Assembly (NCBI GenBank): GCA_000002445.1
Contig: CP000071.1
Span: 992,001-1,056,000, forward strand
Source of the DNA: Trypanosoma brucei
Lineage: Eukaryota
Direction: 5' to 3'
DNA length: 64,000 nucleotides
The notes under the pieces: generated by a model
Told to the model about the DNA's origin: nothing
What the model saw: the letters and a program-made list of their open reading frames with translations, nothing else
The model's database searches: none
Part shown: positions 10,163 through 21,992 of the stretch, one piece after another
Numbering within the stretch: the first letter of the stretch is position 1
How the letters are laid out: each line of letters opens with the position of its first letter
Program-made: the position numbers and the translations under genes

Positions 10163-11837
10163 ATCTCGCAATATAAATATATGAGGAGTTGGTAAGGAAG
10201 GGGGCGAATGTGACTGGGAAATAATAAATAAGGAGACGGGGGAAGTTTGTGGTTGGATGAATGTGAGGGAATGTCGCGTGAAAGGCGTGGAGAGAACGTG
10301 ATGGGTCGTAACCATCCGCGTGTATTTACCTGATGATCGATGTGTTAATTACCAGGAGCGCATGAATATGGGAGTTAATGTGGGCATAGGCTTTTTTTTT
10401 CGTTGTGTTGCTTCAACGACCCGACAATATTCTTTTTAACTTATACTTGTGTCTGCCGGCCTCTTCACGTGGTTGATTACTTTCCCTCAGTTCTTTTCAT
10501 GCGCTACCACTACTTACAACTGCGGTGCATTTTTGAGTATAGTCGTATGGAGGTGCGTTTATATATGACTATTTACGTTTTTGTATACGCAATTGATGCT
10601 TAAATATTTTGGTGCGTTTTCATTTGTAGAGGATTCTCCACTGCAAGGCGAGGTGCCGATTCTTTTTTTTTCCAACCATGTGATAATTAATGACCTCTGT
10701 GACGGAATTTTAATTAGCGGTGTAGATAATGATAAAAACAAGTAAGTGTACTCTTCCACCACTCAACGAGGGGAATAGGAAACGGTTAAATAGGAGGAGT
10801 AATTCCACGTGTCAAATGCCTTTCCTAAAGTAGCCGTGAATAAGCGAAGTGAAGCCGCAGGAAACATTTCTATTTTCTATTTTTTTTTTATATGTACGTA
10901 TATATATTTCGCGCCTTATGTTGTTCCTCATTCGCATTCCCACGTTCTGCGGCTGCCCACCATTTTGTCGACTTTTAGGGATCATTTCATATGATGCTCA
11001 TCGCATGGTGAAACTTTTCCACGCATCTATGCTCACAAATATTTTCAACTGAATGGGCATATTTTCTCCTGTCGTGACGTGTCGTCCAGGACATATACAC
11101 AAACACCCCATTCAAAAAATAAAGAATAAAAGAAGAATTATCCCGTGAATGAGTGCTTTGAAAATGGTTATATCGCTATCGGGCGCATGCCCCCAAAAGC
11201 TGCTCACGCATGTTCATAATATACCAGTGCTGTCGGTGCCTGTTTTCCGTATTTTTGTCGACCTTTAGTTTGATATTTATTGGACAGGTATAAAACCCCG
11301 GCATTTCCCTTGCCTGCGACTCCATTCTGTTGTCGCTGCTATCATTATCGTTATTATTGTTACTATTTTCGTTTCATTGATGATGGCCAAGTTATTGTAT
11401 GTATTGATGCGGAAGAAAGGCTAGTGGGGAGGCCGTATTTTTGGGAAAGGAGTTGATGAGGCGAGGCGTATGTGTGTTTGTGTGAAGCCAGTCGCGAAGT
11501 GCAGTGAACCGCCCCCGAAAAAATACATACAAAAACCATGCGTGTATGTTGATGTGCTTCACTTTTTTCGGAACGCAAGAGCCAAAAAAATAGCAATGTT
11601 GAAAAGTTCAGTTATAATTCTTCTATTTCTTGTGTTTTATTTGCATGTGTACGTGCGCTCCAAGTCATTTGAGCTGTGGAACCAGCGGTTGTGCAACTCA
11701 TATTAGATTTGGATATAACATTTGTGGCAACCTAACCCACCCACCCTCCTAGGCAAACATTTAAAAAAAAACGGTGGTACACTATTTCCGGCATAAATTT
11801 GTTGAAGAGAAAGAGAAGGAAGGGAAGGTAACAACCG

Positions 11838-14800
11838 ATGCGCAAGACGGTGGTGCGCTTAAAGACATTCAATCCGCCTCAGCAATTGCAGGGAGGTAAT
11901 TCTTCTTCCGTACAACTGACGCGAACAAACGCCAACATCGTCACCGGTAATGACAACGATAAGAGTCGTGCATCTTCCCGAGCAGTGACATCGGTGCCGG
12001 AGAGAACATTGCAATCAGCAGCCGCTCCAGCATTGCAACGTGTGAAACGGGGCCGTGAGGAGTTGCCACAGAACAACTCAGCGAGTGGCCTTTCAGGAGT
12101 GGGTGCCGTAATAATGCCCTCGTCGCAATTTAGTGAGGTGGGGCCGTGGTCACAATTTATGCGGGAAGGGGCGGCGGATTTAACGGCGCATCCACATGCA
12201 GTTCCCACGTCTACAGAAGGAGACGCACCACCCCGTGATTTTTGCGATGGGGATGAAGATGATATGCCCCCCGTAAGCCAGGAGGAACTTCAGCGTGAAG
12301 CGGAGGAGGACATGAGACTTTCTACAGATGTTATATTAACCCCTGGAACACCCAATGGAAACACTTGTGAGCCGTTTTCAAGCGTCAGCGCGGTGCCCAC
12401 TTGCACTCTGACCGTCCCTAGTTTGAACTCAGAAGTTTCTCAAATATCAACCGGTCTTGACTATGGGAATGTGTACGGCCATGTTCCCTTTGGTACACCC
12501 GTCATTAACGATAATGTTCCGTCGGGAACGTCGGCGTCAGCTTTACCTCGTCCCTCGGTAGACGACCCCGATTTCTTCTACGATCTTCCCGTGTCTGTAA
12601 AGGATTTCTACGCGACGAGACGTGGTATCAAGAAGTTGTACAATTGGCAGCACGAAGTTCTAATGCGCGATGACATTCGTGCTGGTGGCAGTTTGGTGTA
12701 CAGCCTTCCAACCAGTGGTGGTAAAACTCTTGTGGCCGAAATTTCCTTGCTTCGTTGCCTTATCAATAGGGGACAATCGTGTTTATTTGTTCTTCCCTTT
12801 GTATCGCTGGCGGAGGAGAAGACAGACGCTATGATTCCTCTAGGTGATGTGTTGGGGTTTACCGTCGATGGTCACTATAGTACGCGCGGAAGGTTTCCCT
12901 TACCAGTATCCAAGGCTGTGTTTGTATGCACAATTGAAAAGGCAAACTCGTTGGTCAATCATATGCTAGAGGAAAATACAATTGGAAGAATTGGTACAAT
13001 TGTGGTGGATGAACTTCACATGCTTGGAGAAACTTCTCGAGGTGCAACGCTGGAGCTACTACTGACGAAATTGTTATGCTTGCGGCACAAAGTGCAAATT
13101 ATTGGCATGAGTGCTACGATACCGAATCTGCCAGATATTGCAAGGTGGTTACGGGCCAGTTGCTATATTGGAAATTACCGGCCTGTGCCACTTCGTCAGT
13201 ATGCTGTTGTGGGAGGGGAGGTGCTGGAGGATGGTCGCGAAGTTTGTCGTAGTCTCGTTGCAGCCGGTCACACTTCCGAGAGCAGCCAGTTGGTCTTTCT
13301 GACAACGGAGGTTAAGGGTGCGTCGGTGTTAGTATTCTGTGCGAGTCGACAGCAGACGGTGAGTACGGCACGTCTCATTGCGCGATCGCGAAAAGAAGAG
13401 GTTGACAAAGAGGGTGGTGTGCGGTATAACGCGTCCTCTTTGGCCCTTGTGGCGGATCTTCGTGCTCTCGACAGCGAAGAGAGTTCTCTTCTGAGCCAAC
13501 TTGTTCCTTACGGTGTTGCATTCCACCATGGGGGCTTGGTTGCTGAGGAACGCACGTTGATTGAGACTGCCTTTCGCCGTCGATCCATTGGCGTGTTGTG
13601 TTGCACTTCCACACTAGCCGCTGGTGTCAACCTTCCAGCGCGACGCGTAATCTTCAAGACACCGTTTGTCGCTGTCGACTTCTTAACGAAATCTCGCTAC
13701 CTGCAGATGTGTGGGCGTGCGGGTCGCGCAGGTCTAGATGAATTTGGGGAGTCGTTTTTGTTCCTTTCTCGAAAGGACCGAAACAGAGGCTGCGAGTTGA
13801 TGCAGCAGGAGGTGGAGGCTTGTGTTAGTCAGCTGTTGGAGGAAAAGAGTACGGTTGAAAGGGCCCTTCTGGAGTTTGTCGCGATTGGGCTCATTCGGAG
13901 CCTTTCCGACGCACGCAAGTGGGGGGAGAACATTTTGTTTCACCATGCACCTGGGCCTATTGACAAGGGATTGAACGCAGGATCGGTGGCGGTGCCAGAA
14001 ATGCTGGAGGGCATCATACAGTCTGCTTTGAGCAAACTTGTGGAAAGGGGTCTGATGCAGCGGTTGTCGCGGCCAGCAGCGGATGCATCTCGAGAAGACT
14101 CTGATGTACTCGGCGATAGCGATGTCACAAATGCCAAAAACGGCGATGCGAAAAACAATGGCACTGGTGACGGAGACGCTATTTTAAGCTCGTCTCCATT
14201 TGGCTCCTGCTCTGTGCGCTCATGTTTTGGGGTCGAAGATGCCTTGATTGTGCGTTTGGAGTTAGAGAAATTGCAGCAATCGGGACTGATTCTTGCTGAC
14301 GATTTGCACATGTGCTACTTTGTTACCCCTCTTCGTGATCCTATCGACGTTGACTGGTCTATCTACAGGGACATTCTTTCGCAACTTAACGAGACCCGCC
14401 AGCGAATTGCGAGCATGATAGGTGTCGACGAATTTTACGTGAATCAACGTGCCATGGGGCTTGGTGATGCAGGCGGTAATGGTGGTGGGAGGGCTTTCGC
14501 AACTCGCCGTTTTTACGCCGCCCTTGCGCTTGCGGATCTTCTGAATGAGGTTCCTATCGGTGAGGTTGAGCAGCGCTACCGATGTAATCGCGGACAGCTT
14601 CAGAACCTACTACGTAGCGCCTCCATGTTCAGCAGCTCCATCACAAGTTTTTGCCGTGCTATGGAGTGGTATTCATTAGAGGCCGTTTTGGCATCATTTG
14701 TGAAGCGTCTGGGATTTGGTGTGAAACCGGACATCATACCATTAATGGAAATTAAAGGCGTACAGCCGGGGCGGGCACGTGCTCTTTGGCGGGCTGGGTT

Positions 14801-15011
14801 TAAAGATCCCGCTGCCGTTGCCGCCTGCACCCCAGCGGAATTACTCAAGCGCGTGAAGGAAGCGAACCCGCCAGACAGTAAAGTGGTGAAATATTTTTCC
14901 ATACGATCTGCCGTTGTGGTGCTGCGCGAGGCAAATGCGTGGGTTCAGCAGAACATCCGTGAAAAGAAGGGAGATTTGGCTGATTTAACCCTCCAATCTT
15001 CAACCTACTGA
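11838..15011 (+). CDS. HEL308 / DNA polymerase theta helicase-domain-like Ski2-family DNA helicase. No polymerase domain is present.
   Basis: Walker A 'PTSGGKTLVAE'. DEAH-type motif II 'VVDELHML'. Motif III 'MSATIPN'. 'HHGGL', 'AAGVNLPARRVIF' and motif VI 'QMCGRAGRAG'. C-terminal helix-hairpin-helix-like segment 'IKGVQPGRARALWRAGFKDPAAVAACTPAELLK'. Confidence 0.85.
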   Translation: MRKTVVRLKTFNPPQQLQGGNSSSVQLTRTNANIVTGNDNDKSRASSRAVTSVPERTLQSAAAPALQRVKRGREELPQNNSASGLSGVGAVIMPSSQFSEVGPWSQFMREGAADLTAHPHAVPTSTEGDAPPRDFCDGDEDDMPPVSQEELQREAEEDMRLSTDVILTPGTPNGNTCEPFSSVSAVPTCTLTVPSLNSEVSQISTGLDYGNVYGHVPFGTPVINDNVPSGTSASALPRPSVDDPDFFYDLPVSVKDFYATRRGIKKLYNWQHEVLMRDDIRAGGSLVYSLPTSGGKTLVAEISLLRCLINRGQSCLFVLPFVSLAEEKTDAMIPLGDVLGFTVDGHYSTRGRFPLPVSKAVFVCTIEKANSLVNHMLEENTIGRIGTIVVDELHMLGETSRGATLELLLTKLLCLRHKVQIIGMSATIPNLPDIARWLRASCYIGNYRPVPLRQYAVVGGEVLEDGREVCRSLVAAGHTSESSQLVFLTTEVKGASVLVFCASRQQTVSTARLIARSRKEEVDKEGGVRYNASSLALVADLRALDSEESSLLSQLVPYGVAFHHGGLVAEERTLIETAFRRRSIGVLCCTSTLAAGVNLPARRVIFKTPFVAVDFLTKSRYLQMCGRAGRAGLDEFGESFLFLSRKDRNRGCELMQQEVEACVSQLLEEKSTVERALLEFVAIGLIRSLSDARKWGENILFHHAPGPIDKGLNAGSVAVPEMLEGIIQSALSKLVERGLMQRLSRPAADASREDSDVLGDSDVTNAKNGDAKNNGTGDGDAILSSSPFGSCSVRSCFGVEDALIVRLELEKLQQSGLILADDLHMCYFVTPLRDPIDVDWSIYRDILSQLNETRQRIASMIGVDEFYVNQRAMGLGDAGGNGGGRAFATRRFYAALALADLLNEVPIGEVEQRYRCNRGQLQNLLRSASMFSSSITSFCRAMEWYSLEAVLASFVKRLGFGVKPDIIPLMEIKGVQPGRARALWRAGFKDPAAVAACTPAELLKRVKEANPPDSKVVKYFSIRSAVVVLREANAWVQQNIREKKGDLADLTLQSSTY

Positions 15012-15952
15012 AGACGTGCGTTGTGGTGACGGACATTGTGTTTTCCAGGAAAGGTATTTTTTAAACCTCTTTTTTTTTCTTTTTTGAGGTGGTGTGGTGT
15101 GCCACGCCGTGTGAAATACCGGGCTGGTACCGCGCAAGGTTCAGTGCTTCGATTTTACTCCTTCTCTTTTCTCGGTGGTTTGCGCTACCGACTTTTCTTC
15201 GTTTTTTTAGTCTGTTTCCTCTTTAGCGTACTTCCACGATTAACCCATTTCCTACTCCCTGTTTACGGGTGTTGGGACATGGTTGATGAGGTTGTTACCC
15301 GCCGTCCTATATATATATATATATACGTACTTTGTATTGCCCCTTGTTTTGTTTTTGTCTAAAATGCTTGTTTGGAGCAATGCGCATGCAAACGGCAACA
15401 AGGGCTGGAAGGTTGTGAAGTGAGGGCTGAACGAGCTATTGCTTTTTCGGCGTCACCAATCGGTCAGAAATCTTGTCACTTCGATTTATCTTCGTTCTCT
15501 TTCTTTCTGTTTTTACGTAGGAATCTTTTCCTTCCCTACCTTTTCAACTCTCGAATTTACCGTTTTTGCGGTTTCCTGGTGAGCTGAAGAGTAAAGGGTC
15601 GCTACTGCGCGGGATTCCTCTTTTTATTCAAAACATTCATAATGACTTTTTTTTGTTTCCTTTATTGTCATTGTTATTGTTATTGAGTATGTACTTTGTT
15701 CCATTCCATTCCCTTTCATTTCTTCGTTCTTCAAAAGAAGAATTGAAACTGATCCTCATGATTTCTTTCAGCCCACTGCTCTACTCATCATTGTTGCGAT
15801 AACTATAATTGTAAATATATATTTTTTCTTCTTCTTTTCCTTCTCTTGCGCTTGCTGCTGCTTCAGTATCGGTGCCCAGAGAGTGGGAAAGATCTGTACC
15901 TAACAGAATTTTTTTTTTTTAAAAGAAACGTAACGAACAAAAATTTGACGTC

Positions 15953-16351
15953 ATGCTGTGGGGTGCGGTTACCCTCCTTTTCCCTGCAGTTGTCATGTCG
16001 CTTCTTTTCATTACAGCTGGTGTGCCGGATATTAGGCGTTGTTGTATTCACTCGTGTGTCGCCGCTGCTCTCGTCCCTTTAGCGGTATTGGTGGCTATTG
16101 GCATTTCCATCGCTTTAGATCAATGCATTTTGTACCTTCATGAGGCGGCCCGTAGTGCCATACCGCAACCGCCACCGCTCCGTCATGCGCTTCTGCAGCT
16201 GAAACCCGACAGTCTCATGACTCTGTCCTTTCTGGATGTGCAAATTGTGGCAATTTTTTTGTTTGTATCGTACGGTTTGCAAATTCTCTTGTACCACCTG
16301 GTTGACATTGTGCGATACTTGAAAATCTCGCGACGGCGGTTGGTAATGTAG
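15953..16351 (+). CDS. Possible small (132-aa) multi-pass membrane protein; may instead be a spurious ORF in a 2-kb intergenic region
   Basis: ATG-initiated ORF on the same strand as neighbours. 3-4 hydrophobic segments (LLFPAVVMSLLFITAGV, LVPLAVLVAIGISIAL, IVAIFLFVSYGLQILLY). No recognisable motif. Confidence 0.3.
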   Translation: MLWGAVTLLFPAVVMSLLFITAGVPDIRRCCIHSCVAAALVPLAVLVAIGISIALDQCILYLHEAARSAIPQPPPLRHALLQLKPDSLMTLSFLDVQIVAIFLFVSYGLQILLYHLVDIVRYLKISRRRLVM

Positions 16352-16839
16352 CAGCAACACTTGAGGTAAGAATGAGAGGAACTTTCGCATAATTGCTGGT
16401 GGGTTTCCTTTGCTTCGTGGGTATAACTGTGTGTATACAACTCTGTGCGTGTCCTTATCCTGGGCGATAATTCTTTCCGTTGTGTTTGCTCTCAAAATGT
16501 TGGAAAGGGTGCGTGGAATTGGGGAGTGGACGTTTTAATTTTGCTTCACATCTTTCAACCCCACCGAAGTGATTATTTAACACGTGACATAGTGCTACCG
16601 ATGGCATAATTTCGGTATAAACCAGCTGCCGCAGAATTTTCATCCAATGTAAGGGTTGTGGCCCTTCTCACTTACTTCTTCAGTCTTTGGTTCTCTTTTT
16701 CTTCTCTCATCGTTATTATTGTCATTGTATTTATTATAACCAAGAGACGCTCTTCTTTTATGCAATTTCAGTGCTGGGCGACAAGGAAGGACGAAAGCAG
16801 TTAGGGAATTAGGGGGCACACGTATACGTACTCGTATAC

Positions 16840-16872
16840 ATAAATAAATAAATAAATAAATATATATATATA
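16840..16872. repeat. (TAAA)6 followed by a (TA)6 microsatellite
   Basis: Read directly. Confidence 0.9.
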
Positions 16873-16977
16873 CGGGGCCGTTTGCAAATACATACATACA
16901 TACACCAGAGGTGGAAAGGAGTGAAGAAGGCAAACGTGAGTTGCTAACGAATTACATCATACGCTTAAGTAGCTGTA

Positions 16978-17598
16978 ATGCAGGAGAAGGAGGTGCAGCT
17001 GTATGGTGGAGCCATTACAAGCTCTTTCCCGGCGACTATGGTTGACGTAAGTGATATGCGACAGGTTCCTGACACACAGGAAGTGTACACAGAAGTAGAG
17101 ACAGGCATGTGTATTATCATAGAGCTTTTAGCGAGGGAGCATGAGGTTAGTAATGACAATTGCGGAAATTATTTTTTCATCGACCTTGCAAAGGCCAATG
17201 GCTGCAATACTGAAGGCTACAACCTTAAACCACAACATCAATTACACCCAACCGATTATCCCCTTGTGTCGCAACCACCCTCAGGGTCCGTTGCAGCTAG
17301 TGGCCGGTACTGCACATTTGGTTGTGTCATTAGCGGCCACCAACATATATCGAAATACACAAATGAAAAAGGAAAAGAAAATGATATTCTTGTGGTTATG
17401 TCGGTGTTACGTTTTGAACCACCCATATCAACGGATGTGCTAATCTCCATATCGGCACCTCAGTGGATTCATCCCGAGAGCAGTGAGGCTCGTGTCGTGC
17501 AGAAGTTGCGTAGTGAAGAAGAAGTGACAGCGGTAATGCGGCGTATTCTTCTTTCCTTCAACATAAGAGATTGGGGTCTTTTTGTACCGGAAGAATGA
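16978..17598 (+). CDS. MOG1: Ran GTPase-binding protein MOG1 (Ran guanine nucleotide release factor)
   Basis: N-terminal signature 'KEVQLYGGAITSSFPATMVDVSDMRQVPDTQEVY'. As I recall it, this closely matches yeast Mog1 'KEVELYGGAITTVVPPGFIDASTLREVPDTQEVY'. Length of ~205 aa is typical. Confidence 0.8.
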   Translation: MQEKEVQLYGGAITSSFPATMVDVSDMRQVPDTQEVYTEVETGMCIIIELLAREHEVSNDNCGNYFFIDLAKANGCNTEGYNLKPQHQLHPTDYPLVSQPPSGSVAASGRYCTFGCVISGHQHISKYTNEKGKENDILVVMSVLRFEPPISTDVLISISAPQWIHPESSEARVVQKLRSEEEVTAVMRRILLSFNIRDWGLFVPEE

Positions 17599-18208
17599 TG
17601 GAAAAGCGGATGCAGAGGATATACATTTTTCCACATATATAATATATATATATATATACATATATATGTGTGTGTGTGTGGAGTTTGATTACACATTGTC
17701 GTTGTCGTTACGTTTGTGGTGATCAAAGACAGAAATCGCATCATGGTATCACAGTAGCAGTAGCCACCGTATTGTAACTGTTATTAATGGATGGAATGTT
17801 ACGTTGGCGACGATTTGGCTGCAGTTTCAAAAAAAAAAACTACAACTACAAAAGCGTATTTTGTTTTGTCGTCTCCTTTTTATTTTATGCCGCTCAATTG
17901 CCCTCTGCCCTTGAGAATGTGTAGGGTCGAATCATACGTTGATCCCCTTTATTTTGCTTGCTATTTTTGTGTTAAGCCGAAAAGAGAACAAAAGCACATT
18001 CGAAGAACTGTCAAAGCACGCCCTGTCTTTAAAGGCTTCATATTATTATTGTTATTGTTATCATTAGGAACAATCTAACATTTCGTTCATACTAGTAGGA
18101 ACCGAGGAAAGGATTGAAGGGAATAAATAAAAAAAAAGGAGGAAGATAAAAATCTTCCGAATACTTTAAAGAGGAAAAAAAAAAGGGAAGAGAAAAAGAA
18201 GGGAGAAG

Positions 18209-18937
18209 ATGCTTCGTAAAGTCACTAGCCCATACAAGGTGTCCATCCGCCGCACTGCTGCCTCAGTCACTGCTGCAGATTCAAAAAAGGCAATACTCCG
18301 CCTCATTCGCTTTGACCCGGAAACTAATAAACAGCGCGTGGAAAGTTATGAGTACGACAAACACCATGATTATATGGTGCTCGATCTTATCACCGCAGTG
18401 AAAGCTCATCAGGATCCCACACTGGCTTTTCGTGCCTCATGTTGCGAGGGCGTGTGCGGAAGTTGTGCCATGAACATCAACGGTGTGAACAGTCTTGCGT
18501 GCATTACATTTTCACAGCAAGTTACAACAGTGGGCCCGTTGCCTAACTTTCCAGTTATTAAAGACTTTGTTGTGGACCTCCGGCACTTCTTTCGTCAGTA
18601 CGCGTATATTCGACCCTTCGTACGTAACGTTAACCTCGACCGTAGCCGCCTTGATAACATCGTAGAACGTTATAAAACCATAACAAAGGTTATTCATGGC
18701 GTTCCTTCAGATGATGAGGCGCAACTTGCCCAATTGGAGTCGAAGAGCGGGGCGCAGACGGATGTGATGGCGCTTCTTCAGTTACTTGATGCAGTTTGTG
18801 AGTCTGGAAATGTAACGCATCTCATCCGCACGTTGGAGGCGCTGCAGGAGAGAGGCATGCAACTCGATCAGGGAAAGGTGAAGGCACTTATCGAGGAAAC
18901 GTTACAAAACTACAAGAAGCGGAAACTAGGCGCATGA
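18209..18937 (+). CDS. SDH2N: Succinate dehydrogenase iron-sulfur subunit, N-terminal half only (SDH2N; 2Fe-2S ferredoxin-like domain)
   Basis: Plant-type 2Fe-2S ligand pattern 'SCCEGVCGSCAMNINGVNSLAC' (C-x4-C-x2-C...C), exactly as in SDHB. The rest of the protein has no CxxCxxCxxxCP 4Fe-4S/3Fe-4S clusters. This is consistent with the split SDHB known from euglenozoans. Confidence 0.8.
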   Translation: MLRKVTSPYKVSIRRTAASVTAADSKKAILRLIRFDPETNKQRVESYEYDKHHDYMVLDLITAVKAHQDPTLAFRASCCEGVCGSCAMNINGVNSLACITFSQQVTTVGPLPNFPVIKDFVVDLRHFFRQYAYIRPFVRNVNLDRSRLDNIVERYKTITKVIHGVPSDDEAQLAQLESKSGAQTDVMALLQLLDAVCESGNVTHLIRTLEALQERGMQLDQGKVKALIEETLQNYKKRKLGA

Positions 18938-20209
18938 AAAGGGAATTTGGGTTAGTGTTTATCTAAAGACACAAATATGCAAACATACACATACACGGAG
19001 AGAGAGAGAGAGATGGAGAGATTTGTATGCATATATTTTACACGCATATACGGATAAATATGTGTATGAAGGTGTGCGTGCGGTAGCGTGGAAAACGTAT
19101 CGAGAAGTAAGTGAAGGTATAAAACTAGGAGTAGAAAAGGGGAGAAAAACGGTAATTCCTTTTTAATTTTTCGTGTGTGTTGTTTGTTTGTTTTAAAAAT
19201 ACGTCTGTCTTATAACACCGTTATTACTGTCATTACTATCATTACCACCATTACTGATTATTTCTTAGTTTTGCCTAGGTGCAATATTGTTGATGTTATT
19301 GTGAAATAGTGGATGTATATTCTTTTGATTTTTTTTTGTGTGTGTTATATTTCCTGTTCCAAGTTTCCGTTTCAGGGTGCCGAAAAGAAAACGAGGGGGA
19401 AATGAATAATGGGAAACGGCGTGCGTTTACGACTTTTATGTGCGCATGTGCTTATGTTATTGTGGCCACTTGTGAATATATCTCTTCTCACCAGAGGCAG
19501 CAGTACCAACAACGGCAATAGGACGAAAAGAAAAAAAAAAGAGAACAGGTGGAAATGAATGAATGGAGCGGTGTGGGGAAAGAGAAGAGAAAACATTATC
19601 TGCTTTATCTTATCTGGAGAAATCTGGTTTGGTGGCTCTGGGATTTATAGTTCCCTCCGTCCTTTACCGCATTTCTTCTGTTTTCATCCTACTGATCTCT
19701 TTTTTTTTTTGGGGGGGGGGAGGAGGATCCTCATAACTTTCCTAGTGGTTTCAGACATTTTCCCCATGCAAGCGGGGTGGAATATATTCGTGACTTTGTG
19801 CGACAATATATATATATATATATTGGGGGGGAGAGAAATTTGGAACGGGAAAGGGGAGGTTTCTTGTGTCTCTGCACGCATATTAAGACGCTTTTTCTTT
19901 CATCCGTAAAACCTGAAACGAACAAAACAGTCCCAGTGTGTTATACCTTGTATGCTGTTCGTTGTTTTTTTTTTTTCATTTGCACTGTCCAGCTGTTTTC
20001 TCTTTTTTTGAAATCTATCTACACTTTCCGGTTCTGGATTGGCTCTTTTCGTCATTGTTAACTCCCATTTTTTTTTAAATTTTTTTTCAACGTCCGTTTC
20101 ATTCCCATGGCACAGTGAAGTCGCATCAAGGGAACAAGGAAAGTAAAGGTAGAAAAAAAAAAACAACAACACAAAACAACATATAAGGAAAAAAAAACAC
20201 TTTAAGGAA

Positions 20210-20992
20210 ATGGTGAAAATGCCGTCGACCCTATCTGATTTGTTTCCGTTAGCCAAGTGCTCGGTTGCAAGTGCTGTGGAACTCACGCTGCTCATTGGCG
20301 CAGTCGCTGCCTCCACGTATTTAGCTGTGGCGAATTCAGTCTGGAGAGTTTACTGCGGATTAACTTTGGTGTTGTTTGCTGTGTATTGCCTGCGGTTGTG
20401 GCGCTTACTTCCCGGTGAGAAAGAATATTTGGAAATGGAAGCACACAAACTGGCGGATCATATGATGGTGAAGCAGCGCGAGGCGACCGCTACGCAGCAA
20501 ACACTCGTAGGGCAGAGAGGACACGCAACAAATCCCGCACAAACCCCAGCACTTCAACACTCTCACTTTCAAGGTGTAAATCCCATATTAGGGTCTCATC
20601 AATTGCAGCAATTGGCGAGCTCTTTAGCACTTTCGCAGTCTCAGCAGTTCATGAGTTCTATGATGCTTCCGCACCATCAGCAACTTATGAGCTCTGTTGC
20701 TTTACCACCGCTTCAAATTTCCAACTCATTACCCATACCTTTACCATTGCAACAGCTTGCAAACTCCATGGCACTTTCCCAAATGCACCAACCACAGTTT
20801 CATGCGGGGAATCATATGGTAGCACCTCAACAACATCAACGGGAATTAATAACACCACGCATTACGGTTGCGTCTCCACTACCAACACCATCGGTGCTGA
20901 GACAATTCCCGCCGACGGCATTGCGTGAAAACGATGGAGAAGAGCCGCCGCAGAAGTGCCAGATGCCGTATGGTGATGGGCACCTCGGTTAA
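20210..20992 (+). CDS. Hypothetical protein. Two N-terminal hydrophobic helices, then a Gln/Ser/Leu-rich low-complexity tail with internal repeats.
   Basis: ATG-initiated 260-aa ORF. Helices 'VELTLLIGAVAASTYLAV' and 'LTLVLFAVYCLRLW'. Repeats 'LQQLASSLALSQSQQF' / 'LQQLANSMALSQMHQPQF'. Confidence 0.5.
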   Translation: MVKMPSTLSDLFPLAKCSVASAVELTLLIGAVAASTYLAVANSVWRVYCGLTLVLFAVYCLRLWRLLPGEKEYLEMEAHKLADHMMVKQREATATQQTLVGQRGHATNPAQTPALQHSHFQGVNPILGSHQLQQLASSLALSQSQQFMSSMMLPHHQQLMSSVALPPLQISNSLPIPLPLQQLANSMALSQMHQPQFHAGNHMVAPQQHQRELITPRITVASPLPTPSVLRQFPPTALRENDGEEPPQKCQMPYGDGHLG

Positions 20993-21839
20993 GTGCATGC
21001 AGTTAATTGTCATTTGATATTCGTGGTTGCACTTGAACGTTTTTATTTTTCTATTTTGCTCAGTACTACTACTATTAATACTACTGCCATTATAATTATT
21101 TATTTATTTATTTACTTTTATCATCGTTTGTTTACACTGTATTTTTCTTATTGCTTTCGTGCACTATCCACCTCTCGGGTTGGTTATCTTCTATTCCTTT
21201 TTAAATCTTCGTGACATTCTTTCGTCTGGTCATAATGATACGAAATAATATTAGTAATAGCGATGCGACTATTGCCCGCACGAGGAAAGCGAAGCGATGG
21301 AAGCTGCGTTGCGTCCAGGTTGTTTACTTTGCTTATTCTGTTCTCCGCTTTTAAGGGACAGCAACAAAATGAAAATGAGAAAGTTATAAACGAAAAGGTT
21401 AACACGAATACATGACACAAATAAATAAATAAATGTATATATATATAGCCGCATATGCCTCCGTATGTGTTATGGAAGGTGATTGTGTAGCTCATGCTGT
21501 TTTTTTTGTTATTTCCTAATGCTGTTGCAACAACCCATGATCCTCAGAGTTTGATCAAATAACCGTAACGTTATGGCGGCTTTCTAAATGCTTTGCCAAC
21601 CGTCAGTGATTGAGTCTCATATAAAGCTCGATGATGTTGCTGCCATTTGTTTTCCTCATTGTTGTCTGTCTTGACTGCTTTATTTATTTTTGCTCGGGAA
21701 GGGATAACCCCTTACCTTTTGCTATCGCAGCTTTTCCCCGTTCTTTTCTGTGAGTCCTTGCCAATCCCATTGGTTAGGTTAAGTGCCGTGTTGATACACG
21801 TACCGGTGGATACATAAGGGTAAAACCGTCTGCACACAT

Positions 21840-21873
<34 letters not shown>

Positions 21874-21992
21874 CGATAGACATACGTGCGCGTACGTACA
21901 TATATAGACAGACACAGAGAATATACATACATATATATATATATCTATATATATTTCAGTTATAAGTAGTGCAACCACTGCGCACTACCAAC

